Shown in pieces: positions 1 to 20,646 of a DNA stretch of 64,000 nt. The notes under the pieces were generated by a model. The model was given only the letters and a program-made list of their open reading frames with translations. It made no database searches and was not told the origin of the DNA. Source of the DNA: Neocallimastix sp. 'constans' (taxonomy: Eukaryota); contig JBODTK010000137.1 of NCBI GenBank assembly GCA_050613775.1, positions 248,001-312,000 on the forward strand, in the 5' to 3' direction. Numbering within the stretch: position 1 is the first letter of the stretch; every line of letters starts with the position of its first letter. A program made the translations under genes and the position numbers.

Positions 1-482
1 TATAATAAATCAATAATAGAGCTGTTGAAAAATATAAAATTAATTTATTTCAGATGAAGTTTTAAAAGACAATTTTAATAATGAATAAATATGATAAATA
101 TATATATATAAAAGAAAATGAAAAAGAATAAAAAAATTAAAATGCTTCAGTATTAATACTAAAACTTCAAATATATTTTATACTTATAAATAAATAATAA
201 TTATTACTAAAATCCTTTAAAAATATTTTTATGTTTGTATATGTATAATTTTTTTTATTTATTTTAAAATATGTAATGTGTATAGTTTTTTTTTTTTTAA
301 TAATACTATATTATTTTAATACTAATAATATAAAAATTAATGATATTTATATAAATTTAAAAAAAAAAAAAAAAAAAATAAAAATTAAAAAAGATTTTTT
401 TAAAGGCTATTATGTATTTAGATAATATCCATTAATTATGAGTTTAAAATAAAAATGAATTTATTGTATTATAAAATAATAT

Positions 483-3400
483 TTAATCGGTCATATCATC
501 AGGTCTATTATTATATATAAATAAAAAGTTACATTAAAAATTAAATTAATATTATTAAAAGCAAATTAATATATTTCAATATTTTCAAATATTATATAAT
601 TCTTTTATAAAAAAAAATTAAAATAAAACTAAATAATTACTGATCATGTGGTTTAACCATTCCAGGAATACTCATAGCGTGTGCAAATTCGGCCTTTCTC
701 TTTTCTTCTGCTTCAGCTTCACGTTCATCAAGATAAAGATCACTATTATCACCAGCAAATTCCTTTAAACATATTTTTATTAATAATTAAACATTAATAA
801 TAATTTTTAGAATAAAATAGTGAATTTCAGAAATATTATTAAAAATTATTATTATTATTGTAAATTATTATTATATTATTATTACCTTTAATTGAATAAG
901 GAAATCTCTAATATGTAATTTGAACTTGACAAAGTCCATATTTGTACTAAATAACACTGTAACAAATTGTTCAATTTGAATTCTAAAAAAAAATTTAAAA
1001 AATTAATATAATTCTAAAATATATAGTATATATTAAATTTTATTAAATATTTACTGTTGAAGATGTGGGAATGCATTTCTTAATAAATTAGTAACATATT
1101 CCCTTAAAAATTCAGAGTTAGTCATGTTTGGATTTGATACTTGAGATGGATTATATAATGGGGCTGTAATTTTATTTGTTTCAACAAGATAAAACATTTG
1201 TGCTAAAACCATACATTGAAGCTTAAATCCTTTATAATCATTACAGTATTAATATATATATTTCAAAATTCAAAATAAATATTAATATAAATAAATAAAA
1301 AATAAAATATTATATATATAAAAATATGTTGATAAAATTTCATAATAATGAAAATAGCAATTAATTTTATTAATTAAAAGAATAATTAACTAATATTTTA
1401 ATGATAGATAAATTAAAATATATAATTTTATTTACCAGCTTTGTGATCAGTATCAGTAAGAACATAAAATATATCTTGCAAAATATTTAAGAAGTAAGTT
1501 TGATAGAATGCATTAGCAATATTACTATCAGTTTTTGAGAAATTAGTTAATAATTCTAAACAAATAGAAAGACCAATATCTGCAATATTTCTCATAGTAT
1601 GCTTAAATGCCCATACAATACTATCCATAATTAATTTGAACATTTGTGGTGAAAGTTGAAGAAGAGCTGGGAAGCAATGTTGATTAATAGCACGAATTAA
1701 TCTAAAGAAACCATCACGGTGTTCCGGGTATTCAGAAAAGTCCTTATTAATCATGTTTAATGTACATTCAAATACATGTTGTAAAATAGCAGGCACTTGT
1801 TCTGTAATTAATTTTCCCATTTTACCAACAATACTAGCCATAACACTTAAAACTTCTGCATCCCTAGCTGGTTCAACATTTCTTTCATAATCACCAAGAA
1901 CATGTTCTAAAAGTGGTGGAATTATATTTTGCATAACTAATGGAAGATCTTCAGCTTTAGTAATATAAGTTTCACTAAGTTTTAAAATTTCTTTTTTAAT
2001 AGTTCTTAAACCACGAATTCTTGGAGTGTTGGTGGCAATTAATCCTAGATTTAATTATTTATATATAAAACAATCCAATATAAATTTAAATATTCATATA
2101 ATATAAAATTATAAAAGTAATAAAAATATTTAATAATATTGTTATTATTATAATATCATTACCTTGTGTTGCTATTCCTTCAGAAATTAATTCACTTACA
2201 ACCCTATAAAGACCTAACATATCCATAAATATACGGCTGTATTGAACAATAAATGAATTACCAATAGATGAACATGCTGAAACATTGGTTTTTAAAATAT
2301 TACCTAATAATTTAACATTTTCTGGGTTATTTAATACATCCACATTATTATTAGCTTGAGTCATAATATTATCCCACTATTATTTCATAATATTTATTAA
2401 TATTAAATATAAAATATATATATATATTTATAAATATAAAAAATATATATTATATTATTAACAAGAAAAAAAAAAATAAAATAAAATATACATTTAAATA
2501 TATTAAATGACGTTATTAATATTTATTTGAAAAAGAAAATAAAAATTACTGCTTGGTTTGGTAATTCCATAAGTTTTTGAACTAATTTTTCCTGAATACT
2601 CTTATTTGGTTGAGCAGAAACCATATAACCAACAGCCTCATAAAAAGTTTGAACCTTTTATTATTAAAATTATTATTATAATTTTAATGTATATACAATT
2701 TTTATTTAATATTCACAGATTTATAAAATATTATTTAATTTAAAATGAACCATTAATTAATTATATAATTTATAGAATCTTACTTGTTGTGGTCTAAGAT
2801 CTGATGTAATTTCACTAATTGATGCTATAATTTCTTCAATATATGGCATTATTTCACCAGTTTGTTGCATAACAAAATGACGTCTACATTTTTGAGAAAT
2901 TTTAATAAATGAGTCACAAGCCATATCTTGTACACCTTCGTGAGTTTCATGCATAAATTCAAATAACTTGTTAACAACAGTCTTAAGGAATTTCCAATGA
3001 GCCTTTAAAAATCTTGGATACTGACCTACAACATACATAATATTGGCTGCAACAACAGCTTTATTATCTTTTCCCCTTTTCATTTCACATAATCCTAAAA
3101 GTTCTTTAATAACTGTAACAAGAAAACGCTTTTCGGTATCCTCACTCATAGCACCACTAATAGAACCAATGGCCCAACATAATTTATTTAAGTTATCCCA
3201 TGACCATTCAGAGCCATCAACCTTATTAGATTTTATTTTTTTAATATTATTTAATATATTTATAATTATTAATTATTAATTATATTATTTTTATTTTTAT
3301 TTTTATTTTTATTTTTTTTTTTATTTTTATTTTTATTTTTATTTTTATTTATCATTTATTATTATTGTTTATTATTATAAATAAATTTTAAAAAAATGAA

Positions 3401-4318
3401 GTCATCTTACCTGTTTTTGTAACTTTTCAGACATAATTTCCTTGGTATCCATCATATCTAAATGAGTAAGATAAACAAGAACTTCACGCATACTTTTATA
3501 TAATGTAATGGTATCACTTTCTTTAACGAATTCTCTGACAATTTCACCTTCATCATTTTCAACAATTAAAACCTATGGATATTATAAATATTTTAATAAA
3601 ATAGATTATACACATATGTTAAAAACTCTAATATTTTATAATCATTTAAAATATTATTTGATTAACATACTTCCTCCGGTTTAACCATACGCTCAATCAT
3701 AACTACACGTAAACTTGATAATACATCTTTATAAATATGCTTACGAAGTGATACATCATCAAGGTAACCTGGATTCATGTTTAACAATTGCATACCAACA
3801 TGTGGAATCTTTTGAATTTCCTCATATAAATCTGCAACCTTAAATAAATAAATAATAATTATTATTATATATATGCTATTAATAAACAATATAATATTAC
3901 TCTTTAATAACATATATATAATAATAGTTACATTTTAATATAAAAAGCTTTATTTATACTTACTAATTTTGCCCAATATTCTAAACAAATCTTAAATATT
4001 TCACGATCACGAACAAGTGAAATTCTAAGAAGATACCAATGACCAGTTAACAATAATTCACGTTGAGGTTCAATAATCTAAAAAAAATACAATTATTATT
4101 AGATGTTTATATTATATATAGATTTAACTTATTTAACTGAAATTACCTTAACATGCTCAGAGAAGAAATTAACTAAAAATAATGCAAGATTTTGAACAAA
4201 TTGTTGTTCTTCATCATTCATTTGTTCATCATACAAGCTAGCAAAATCTATTAAAATAAAAAAAATAAAACATAAAACATAAAAAATAAAAATTTATTTG
4301 ATTAAAAATTATTTAAAC

Positions 4319-4353
<35 letters not shown>

Positions 4354-6925
4354 ATAATAATAATAATAATAATATATTGGTACTTTCTTATTACATAAAA
4401 ATAATTTAAATTAATTTGATATTAATTACCTGTATCTTTTGGAATCATATTCATAATTGAAGTGATAACCATTTCATATAATATTCCAAACTTATTATTA
4501 TATTCTTCAACATTTAATGAACCAATTTCAGTTAAACATTTTAATGTTGGATTTCTAAACATTGGAACTTCTAAAAACTGAAATAAAATTAAAATTAATT
4601 GAATTTAATTATTTAATTTTTTTTTTGTATCATTTATATAATTTATTAATCATTATTAAATTATAAGATAATTATTTATCATGAAACAAAATGAATATAA
4701 AAAAATAATAAATAAAGCATACTCTATTACGTAATATATCAATAATATTTGTTTCAAATATATAGCCTAAAGGAATCCAATTTAAGAATCTTAATAGAGT
4801 TTCCAATGTCGCACGAATTAAACTAGGTTTCTGGGCTTTTTCTAAAACTTCATGACAAAGTTGAAAAATTTCTGAAAACTCACCACACATACTATTCTTT
4901 AAATTTTTGATTTTCTTTTGAGTCATTTGTTCAGCTGAATAATCAAAGATTTCTTCACTATATACAAAATTATTAAAATTAAAATTAAATTTGAATTGAT
5001 TTATATATATATATATATTCAATTAATTTTTAATATAGTTTTTATTGATTAAAAATACAAACAAATTTCAATTTTTATAATCATTTTAATTTTATTTATT
5101 TGTTCAATAATTTTATAATTTTTCAACAAAAAATAATATAATTAATGAAATTTATTGTTATTTAATATTAATGCAATTTTATATTCATATATAAATTTTA
5201 ATTATGCAAACCTAAGTAATTTTAAGACATTCATATTGTTTTCACATAAAGATAAATTGGTTTTACTTGATGCAACGATATCTGGTATGAATGTTGGCCA
5301 ATTATGTGGCCATTCTTGTTTCAATATCTAGTTTATTAAAATATAAATTAATATTAAATATTAAATTTATGCAATAAAATTATTTTAAAGTATTTTATAA
5401 ATTTTATAATTCTAAAGTATATCTTACTTGAACAAGAACTAAATTTAATTTATTTAAATAAGCTCTTTCACTAACAAGCTTTGATTCATCCGAAGAATTT
5501 TTAATAACAACAGATACAATGAAATTTTTTATACCTAGTTTAATTTTAGATTTTAATTTAATTTAAAATGAAAATAATTAATAAAATAATATTTTATATT
5601 ATATAAAAAAATTTATACTCTTACCATCTGCTTGTTCTTTTGGTAAAATCTTCCAACGAGTTTTAATTAAAGATTCTAAAATTTGTAAAGCAATATACTA
5701 AAATTACAAAAAAAATATATATATATATAAATATTTCCAAAATTAAAATTTATCAAATTAATAATATTTAAATATGAAATTTACTTTAGTTTGAATAAAC
5801 TGTGACTTCTCTAAAATTTGGTCTACTCTAGTCCATGAATCTGGATGTTCTTTAAATTGAGCAATAATATTTCCTGCACGTTGAGACTTTAAAAAGTTAA
5901 GAAATTATATGCACAAATCACAAAAATATTTATTATATAAAAAAAAATATTGATAATAATATTTTTTAAAAATTATTTAAATATTAAATAAAATCATTAA
6001 TCAAAATGATATATTCATTTTTAATTATGTAAATAAATTATTTTAAATATTATAGAATTTGTATATATTTCATTAAAACTATTTATTTATAAATAAAGTA
6101 ACAAATTTGATTATTAAACTTTAAATGGAAGATCATCTTTTTTTTTTTTAATAAATTATTAAAGAACATGTTATATTAATTTCATAATAAAATACTAATA
6201 TAATATTAAATGAATTTTTTTATCATAAATTTTATTCCTTTTAAAAAAATTATTGAGTATATTTATTAATAGTATTATATATTTTTAGATTTAACTATTT
6301 TATTATTATGTTGATATATATGCATTTTTAAACTGATTGAAAATTGTAATGATCATCTCATTTTTTTATAATTTTAATTTTTTTATTGTTATTTAATAAA
6401 TTGTTTTTTATGTAAGTTTAAATTAACATCTTTTTTTAAAAAAAATATATATATATATTATTTTATCTTAAATACTGAATTATAATATAATAATATATAT
6501 TGATTTGACAAAATTTATGTAAAAACAATAATTTCAAAATATAGACTGACATTTTTAGGAATAAATTAATAAACTCTGTAAATTTTATATATATATCAAT
6601 TTATTATTCATTAAAATTAAATTGTTTAAAAATAGGGAAGGAATATTAATCATTTAAAATTTGGTTTGGTAAATTACAAACTGATTTTTAAAATATATAT
6701 ATGTATATATCAAAAAAAAAAAAAAAAAATAGATATACAAATACAATAGAGTATTATAATATCCTTGTAATTTTTATTTATTTAAAAATAATAAAAATAA
6801 TAAATATATATATATATATATATTTATATATAACATACCTCTGGTCCACCCTTAAAAAATGTTTCTACTGTAGAATCTAATAAATTAATATCTAATTCAC
6901 GCGAAAAATCTAATATATTTTCCAT
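483..6925 (-). CDS. CRM1: Exportin-1 / CRM1 nuclear export receptor, about 19 exons
   Basis: Exon 1 (6925-6839) reads [29 protein letters not shown] before a GT donor. Internal exons give [121 protein letters not shown] and [21 protein letters not shown]. The last exons give [15 protein letters not shown], with the stop at 485-483. Introns are GT-AG. Confidence 0.97.
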
Positions 6926-8190
6926 CTTTAATAAATATTTAATAAATTTATAAGTTTAATGTTCCTTTGTAATATTTTATTATATCATTTAACTTTATAT
7001 TTTTTTTTTTAAATAAAAAATATATATATATATATATATTTAAATAATTATATTCCTTACTTTTTAATTATACTTAATCTATTATATATGTTAAAATCAA
7101 ATTATTAAATATTAAAATTAAATAATAAATAAATTAAAATAATAAAATTGAAGTATAAAAAAAGAAAATTGGATATATTATATTTTATAAAAAAGAATAA
7201 AATATTTTTAAACTTTTTTATTTTTGTTTAAAATCAGATAAACCGTGATTAATATATTTAATAAATTAGAAATTAATAAAAAAAAAAGTGAAAAGGTAGG
7301 TAATAAAGAGTTTTTTTTTTTTTTTTTTTTTTTTTAATCAATAATATATTTCAATATTTATATATAATATAATATTATTTAGAGTTTATACAATTTATTA
7401 TACAGTAATTATAAATGTAATACCTAATATATAATTAAAAATTTTTTTTTTATTTGTATTAGTAATTATATAAATTATACATTTTTATTAATTTTATTTT
7501 TATTATCTTTAAAAAAATAATCATAAAATTTATATATAATATAATTAATATTTAATGTATCATTTAATTATTTATTTATTTATTTATTTATTTGTTTGTT
7601 TGTTTGTTTATTTATTTATTTTTTTTTTATATATTTATTAGTTTATTTATTTATTTATTTATATATGTCTAAATTATCAAAATATTTAATAAATATAATA
7701 ATAAAAATTAATTATATTACAACTTTAATTTCCAATAGTCCAATACATTTTAATATATATTAAAGTATATTACTTGAATAAAGTAAAATTTTAAAAATTT
7801 TAGATTATGAATTAAAAAAAATACAAGTATAAATCAATATATAAAATTAATATAAAATTAATATATTTTATATATATATAAAATTTCTATAATATTTTAA
7901 AGAAGGAAAGAGAAAATATGCTTCGAAAAGTATACCTAGGAATAATATGTATTAACCTTTAAATTCAAGCAAATTATTTATAAGAAGAATAAATACTTTT
8001 GGTAGTTAATACTAAATAATTTTTTGATAGAGTAAATTTGTCATGTTCATATCTATATGTAAATAATTGTTATAAACTAAAATTATAATAATATTATTTC
8101 ATATTCTTTTATTAAAAATATTTATAATTTATAATTATGTTTTTATTTATTTATTTATTTAGTTATTTAGTTATTATTTTATTTTATTTT

Positions 8191-8830
8191 ATTCAATCTG
8201 TACTTTACATTTATATTTCAACTATTATTTTATTTTATTTTATTTTATTTTATTTTTATTCCATCTGTACCTTATATTTATATTTCAACTATATATTTTA
8301 TTTTATTTTATTTTTATTCCATCTGTACTTTATATTTATATTTCAACTATAAATTTTATTTTATTTTATTTTTATTCCATCTGTACCTTATATTTATATT
8401 TCAACTATATATTTTATTTTATTTTATTTTTATTCCATCTGTACTTTATATTTATATTTCAACTATATATTTTATTTTATTTTATTTTATTTTTATTCCA
8501 TCTGTACTTTATATTTATATTTCTACTATTTATTTTATTTTATTTTATTTTAATTTATTTTATTTTATTTTATTTTATTTTTATTCCATCTGTACTTTAC
8601 ATTTATATTTCAACTATTTATTTTATTTTATTTTATTTTATTCAATCTGTACTTTATATTCATATTCTACTATTTATTTTATTTTATTTTATTTTATTCA
8701 ATCTGTACTTTATATTTATATTCTACTATTTATTTTATTTTATTCAATCTGTACTTTATATTCATATTCTACTATTTATTTTATTTTATTTTATTTTATT
8801 CAATCTATACTTTATATTTCAACTTTTAAT
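8191..8830. repeat. Minisatellite: 11 copies of a ~34-bp core (TTC[C/A]ATCTGTAC[T/C]TTATATTTATATTTCAACTAT) separated by variable (TATTT)n spacers
   Basis: Core seen near 8191, 8259, 8317, 8375, 8433, 8496, 8584, 8641, 8697, 8743 and 8801. Confidence 0.9.
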
Positions 8831-10259
8831 TTTATTATATTTTATTTTATTATATAAATATTTTCATTTTATACAAATAATAAAATATGGATAATACATT
8901 TAATAATTTTAAAAAATAAAAAGAAAATAAAAAAAAAAGTTAAAATTTTTCAAAATTAATAAACTTTAAATAATAATAAAAAATTCTTAAAAAAGTATAA
9001 ATATATTTTATAATACAACCACTATTTAAATAGTAAAAATATTTTTAATAATTTAATATATTAAATGTTTAATAAAAAGAATATTATATATTCATATAAA
9101 ATATATATATATATATTTCTAATATTTTAAAATTAATAATATGATAAAAAATTTGAATTTAAAAATAATATATAATTTTTAAATGCACAAGAAAAAAATA
9201 AAATTAAAATAACAATAATAGTAATAATAAATATTTTAATAAGTCATTACAATTCTTTTTTATAATATTATTATTTTTCTATCTTTTTATTTACTTATTT
9301 TTCCATTGTATTTTTAAATATTAGTATTAGTATTATTATTCAACTAATTATATTTTTAAGTTATAAATCTAATCCACAATTTTAATATATTTTTTTAATA
9401 TTATATTAAACATTATCAATAATTAATGAACAAATTTGTTTTAACTGTTAAATTAATTAAAAATAAAAAAAATTATAAATTATTATTAAAATATTACTAT
9501 TATTTTTAATATTTTTTTATTTAAAATATATAAAAATAAATTTAAACAATTGAAATATTACTAAACAAAAATATATTAAAACATTATATTGAATTCCTTT
9601 TTTAATTTAAAAAAAAAAAAAAAAAACATCATAATTAGTTTGAAATACTATGACTACATTGAATGATTGATAATTGTTTACTAATAATATTTCAGGATTG
9701 GTATACTGCATATTTAATTTTTATATTATTTATAATTTTTTTTATTAGTAAGTACATATTTAAATATTATTATTTTGTTTAATAATAGTCAATTTAATAA
9801 ATTTAATTAAAATAATAAATTATAGAAAAATTTAAAATTTTATTTTATTATATTATTTTTAAATTTATCATATTTTATTTTATTTTTATTTTTATTTTTA
9901 TTTTTATTTTTATTTTTATTTTTTTTTATTTAATATACATAATTAAAACTTTTCATTTTGTTTTATATTATTTAAAGATTAAAAGTATTAGATTATATAA
10001 CATATATACATATATATATATGTAAAAAATGGTTTATAAACAATTAAATGCATGAAATTATCATTATTTATATATAAATTAACATTTGTAAAAAATAAAT
10101 TATTTAACATAAAAATTATTAAAAACATATTAATAATTTTCTTAAACTTTCATATATGTGTATTATATATAAAATTAAATTAAAATTTTTAATTAAAACT
10201 TTATATATTATTTTTTAATTATTTTGAAGAATTGAAAAAAAAAAAAAAAAAAAAAAAAA

Positions 10260-10293
<34 letters not shown>

Positions 10294-10721
10294 GTAATAA
10301 TAATAATAATAATATAATAAAATTATTAATAATAATAATTAAATAAATAATAAAATTTACAATAATGGATTAAAAATAAAGCACTAAATTAATAAAAACA
10401 AAATAATGAAAAACAAAAAAACAGATTAAAGTTTTTAAAAATTATATATAAATATTTTTTATAACATTCTCTTTTCTTTTTTTTTTTTTTTTTTTTTATT
10501 TTATTTTCTTTTTTTTTTTAGAGTTTGAAATATATACAATTGTATCAATTATATATTATATTATTATAATATTTCAATATTAAATAATATTATAATAATT
10601 TATTAAACTAAAAAGAATTAATATTAACGTTACCTTTATAATATATATACTTAAAATAATTCTTTAAAAAAAAAAAAAAAAAGATTATTCATTATACGAA
10701 GCATATAAATTAGTTCTACAA

Positions 10722-16155
<5,434 letters not shown>

Positions 16156-16524
16156 AAATTTTTAATAAACAAAAAAAATATTAATATAATTAAGAAATAA
16201 AAAAAAAAAAACTTTATCATACATATATCTTAATTATTCAAATATTAATCAAAGAAAATTATAATATATAATATATAAATAATTAATGAATAAATAAATA
16301 TATTATAATATATACACAAGATTTTAATATAATGTAATAATGTGATTTAAAATATATAAACATACAGTACTATAATAACAACAAAAGCAATAATAATAAT
16401 AATATTAATAATAATATTAATAATAATAGTAATAAAAATAATAAAAAGATTTTATAATAATAAATTTATTATTTTTTTAAAATAAAAAAATTTTTTTTTC
16501 ATTTATTTTATTTTTATCTTTTAC

Positions 16525-16584
<60 letters not shown>

Positions 16585-16899
16585 GTTATTATTTTTATTA
16601 TTATTTACTTTTTATTTTATTTAATTTATATTTATTGTTTATTTCCAATTTTTAATTTTTTTTTTTTTTTTCATTATAATCATAAATATAAATTATTTAT
16701 TATGGTATATGATTAAAAATAATAATATATAAAAGATAGTAAAACTATTTAAATATTTTTTTAAAGATAGTTATTAAAAGTAATCCAAAACTTACTAAAT
16801 CCATATTATTTTTTTTTGCCTTTTTTTTTAAATATATATATATATATATATATAATAAGAAATAGTAAATGGAATAACATGTTTATTAATTAAGGTTGT

Positions 16900-18441
16900 T
16901 CATTTTTTTTTTAAATTATCATTAGAATTTAATCTTTGCATATATCTAACATGATGTAGAGTGGATGAAATTGAAGCTGAACCAGATGAAGGAGGAACGG
17001 GTATTCTAATGGTTTGTGATTCTGAACTTGAATTTGCCATTGTTGTAGATGAAATATCCATTGAATCTGTATTAATTTTTGTTTGATTAAGGCTAGTTGC
17101 AGCTGTAGGTGATATATTTGAATTCGAATTTAAATTTTCTGATCCATCTTGATCGATATCCATCATATTTTGTTGTTGACTATCATTTGCAATTTCTTGA
17201 GTTGATGATGATGATGATGAACATTCCTCATGTAAATTATTGTCTCCTTTCTCTCTATTAGATATTCTCTTTTGAATTTCATTCAATTGCATTGCTTTTT
17301 TAAATTATAAAGTATATTTTATTAATTAAAATTAATTAAATATAATTTAAAAAAAAATAAAAAAAAAAAAAAAATAAAATAAAAAAAATTAAAAATAAAA
17401 AATAAATATAATTAATTAATTAATTAGAATTATTATATATGTTATAATATATATATATATAATAATAGATAGATTACCTGCCGCATTTAATTGATAGTCT
17501 GCTAATAAAATTTTATAATGAGTTAATGTTAAATTAGCTCTATACAACTTCACTAATTTATTTAATAATTCTTGAGATTTCTTTTTATTTTCTTTAATTT
17601 TATTTATGGTATCTTCTTTTTCTTTTAATTTTTTTTCATATTCTTTCCTTAAAAGTGCATTTTCATCATCTTTACCTTTATCATTTTCTAGTTGCTCTTC
17701 ATTATCCTCATCAATATCAATTTCTTCTGGAATTTCTTCAATAGGATTATCATTATCAATTTCACCTTTTCCTTTTCCCTTATCTTTACCCCTATTTTCA
17801 TTATCAACTTCAACTTCTTCATCTTCTCTAGTATATGGTATTTCTTCTTCAAATATTTCTTCTTCATCATCTTTAAGAACATTTCCTTCTTGACATTGAA
17901 TATCTTCCTGAATATCTTCTTGAATATTTTCTTGAATATCTTCTTGAATATTTTCTTGAATATTTTCTTCTACATTCTTTTGTTCTTCTTCATTTCCTTC
18001 TCCATTTTCTTCTCTAATATCTTCATTCATCTGACCATTTTCATCTACATAAATAATTTCTTCATCCTCACTTTTAATAATCTCATCTTCCTCTTGATAT
18101 TCTCTATAATCTGAATTTATCGAAGATACTGAACTAGCAGCATCAGAGCAATATTCAAGATCATTTGAATAGGATGGTTTAATTGTTGTTTCATCTTCAT
18201 CCATAGAATTGATTATTCTATCATTATTATCATTATTATCATTATTATCATTATTATCATTATTATTGTTTTCATTTAAATTATTATCACCAGAATCAAT
18301 CATCATCGTATCAGTATGGTTATTTTCACATTCCATTTGCATTGAAGATTCATTAACGAGAGGTTCAGTTACTGAATCAAAATATTCATATTGACTACTA
18401 GTGGAGGTTGAAGATGACAGTGAATATTCATTATCTTTATC

Positions 18442-18490
<49 letters not shown>

Positions 18491-18559
18491 AAAATGGTAT
18501 TTATTATTAATATGATAATCATATTAATATTATTTTATTGTTATTAAATAATATTATTG

Positions 18560-18595
<36 letters not shown>

Positions 18596-19227
18596 CATAT
18601 ATTTATATTTAAAATAAAAAAAAAAAATTATTACCATCATTATTTTTATTATCTGCTATAATTTTGATTTTATCATTCCCTTTTTTATTATCTGAATTTG
18701 AATTTATATCATTTTGAGTAGTAGAATTTTTTGTATTTAACGTAGATTGAAAAGAAGGATTTAAATTATTTAATTTAGATGCTTTAGCGGTGACAATAGC
18801 TAAATCTTGCTTTAAGAAGTTTATAAATTCTTTTGTAAATTCTTTAAAGAAATCTTCATTCCATTCTAAAACAATATCTAAATATTTGATTAATTCAGTG
18901 ACACTAGAACGAGTCCAATCAATTGTAAAACATTTTATAAAAAGAGAGGAACAAAGAACGGATTCTTCTACTATAATACTGGCCAATAAAATATATATAT
19001 TTGATTTATTCCAAAAATCTGATAAATTATTTTGACTATCTAATTCTTTCTCTTTAGAATTTTCATTTTCTTTAATATTATCCTCATTATTATTATTTAA
19101 ATTATTTTGTTCAGTACTGTTATAATTAATACTATTACTAGTAATATTATTTTCTACTGTAGAATTAGAATCTATATTAGTCGTTGATGAACAATTATTC
19201 TTATCCTCTTCTTTTTTATTTGGATTA

Positions 19228-19262
<35 letters not shown>

Positions 19263-20612
19263 ATTATTATTATTAATTTTATTTTTATATTAATTCATCA
19301 TCATAAAAATCAATAATATTAATAAAAATATGATATGTATTTATACTTTTAAAATTTGGCCATTCTTGTATAAAATGCTTTAATACTAATGCAGTTAAAT
19401 CTGGAGACCAATCTCTAAATATATATTTAAATAACTTGGAAATACTTTGTATACTCCAACCATAAGTTAACCATAATAAACCATTAACTAACTAAATATT
19501 TAAATTGTTATTTTTTTTATTAAAATATATATATATTATATATATAATATTAATATTTATTATTCTTTTTTAAAATTTATATATTTATATAATAAATTAA
19601 AATAAATTAATATTACATTGCATATTTTATATTCTTTAATTAATGGAATTAAATGTCTAGCTATACACTTTTTATTTTTTTCATCTTTAACATATTCATA
19701 AAATTTTGCAGAATAAATTTTATCCTGTTAATAAATTTTAATATATAAGAAAATTAATATAATTAATTAAAATAAAATTATATAAAATTTAGAATTAAGT
19801 TATATGATTATCACTTTTATAAATATTATATTAAAAAAAAGAAGAAAAAAAAAAACAATATATATATATCTATTAATATTATCAATTATTATATGAATTT
19901 ACCATTGCTCTCATAGTAAAATCGGCATCAAAATAATTATATTTCTCTTTCCAATTATTTTTAGGAATTTTTGAAAATTTCATTTTACTATCATTTTTCA
20001 ATTGATGAATCGAATCAATAAAGGATGAAGAAATTCTTTCACTAGATTGTGATTTATTATTACCATTTTCTTCACTCATATTATTATTTTCTTTAGCATC
20101 TTCATAGTTATCACTTTCATTTTCCTCCAATGATAATTCATTATCATGAACTATAGACCTAGAAGATGTTCCAGAAGAAGAGGCAGAACAACTGGATTCT
20201 AAGGAACAATTACTATTGTAATTATCATACTCTGTGTTTTCTTTTTGATTAGAATTTGTATTAAATGGTTTAGATTGATAGGAATTTATTGAATTTTGTC
20301 TAAAGTATAAATAAATTATATTTAATTTTAAATCATGAACATAAATATATATAAATATATTATTATTAATTATTGACATGAGTATGCTTTCATTTTATAA
20401 TTATTAATAATTTTTTTATTATTTTAAATATTTTTCTTTTCTTTTAATTTAATATTTTACGATATATCTAAATGATTATCTGGACTATGTGGACTTGTAG
20501 GACTATTATTTTCACTATTCAATGGTTGTAATAATAATGCTGCTGCTGATGATCTATATATTGTTTGAGAATTTTGTCTACTTACAGTTGAACAATTTAA
20601 TTGTTCTTCAGC

Positions 20613-20646
<34 letters not shown>

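Noticed and set aside
8191..8830. CRISPR-like repeat-spacer array
   Set aside because: Spacers are only (TATTT)n of varying length, not unique sequences. The context is eukaryotic and no cas genes are present.
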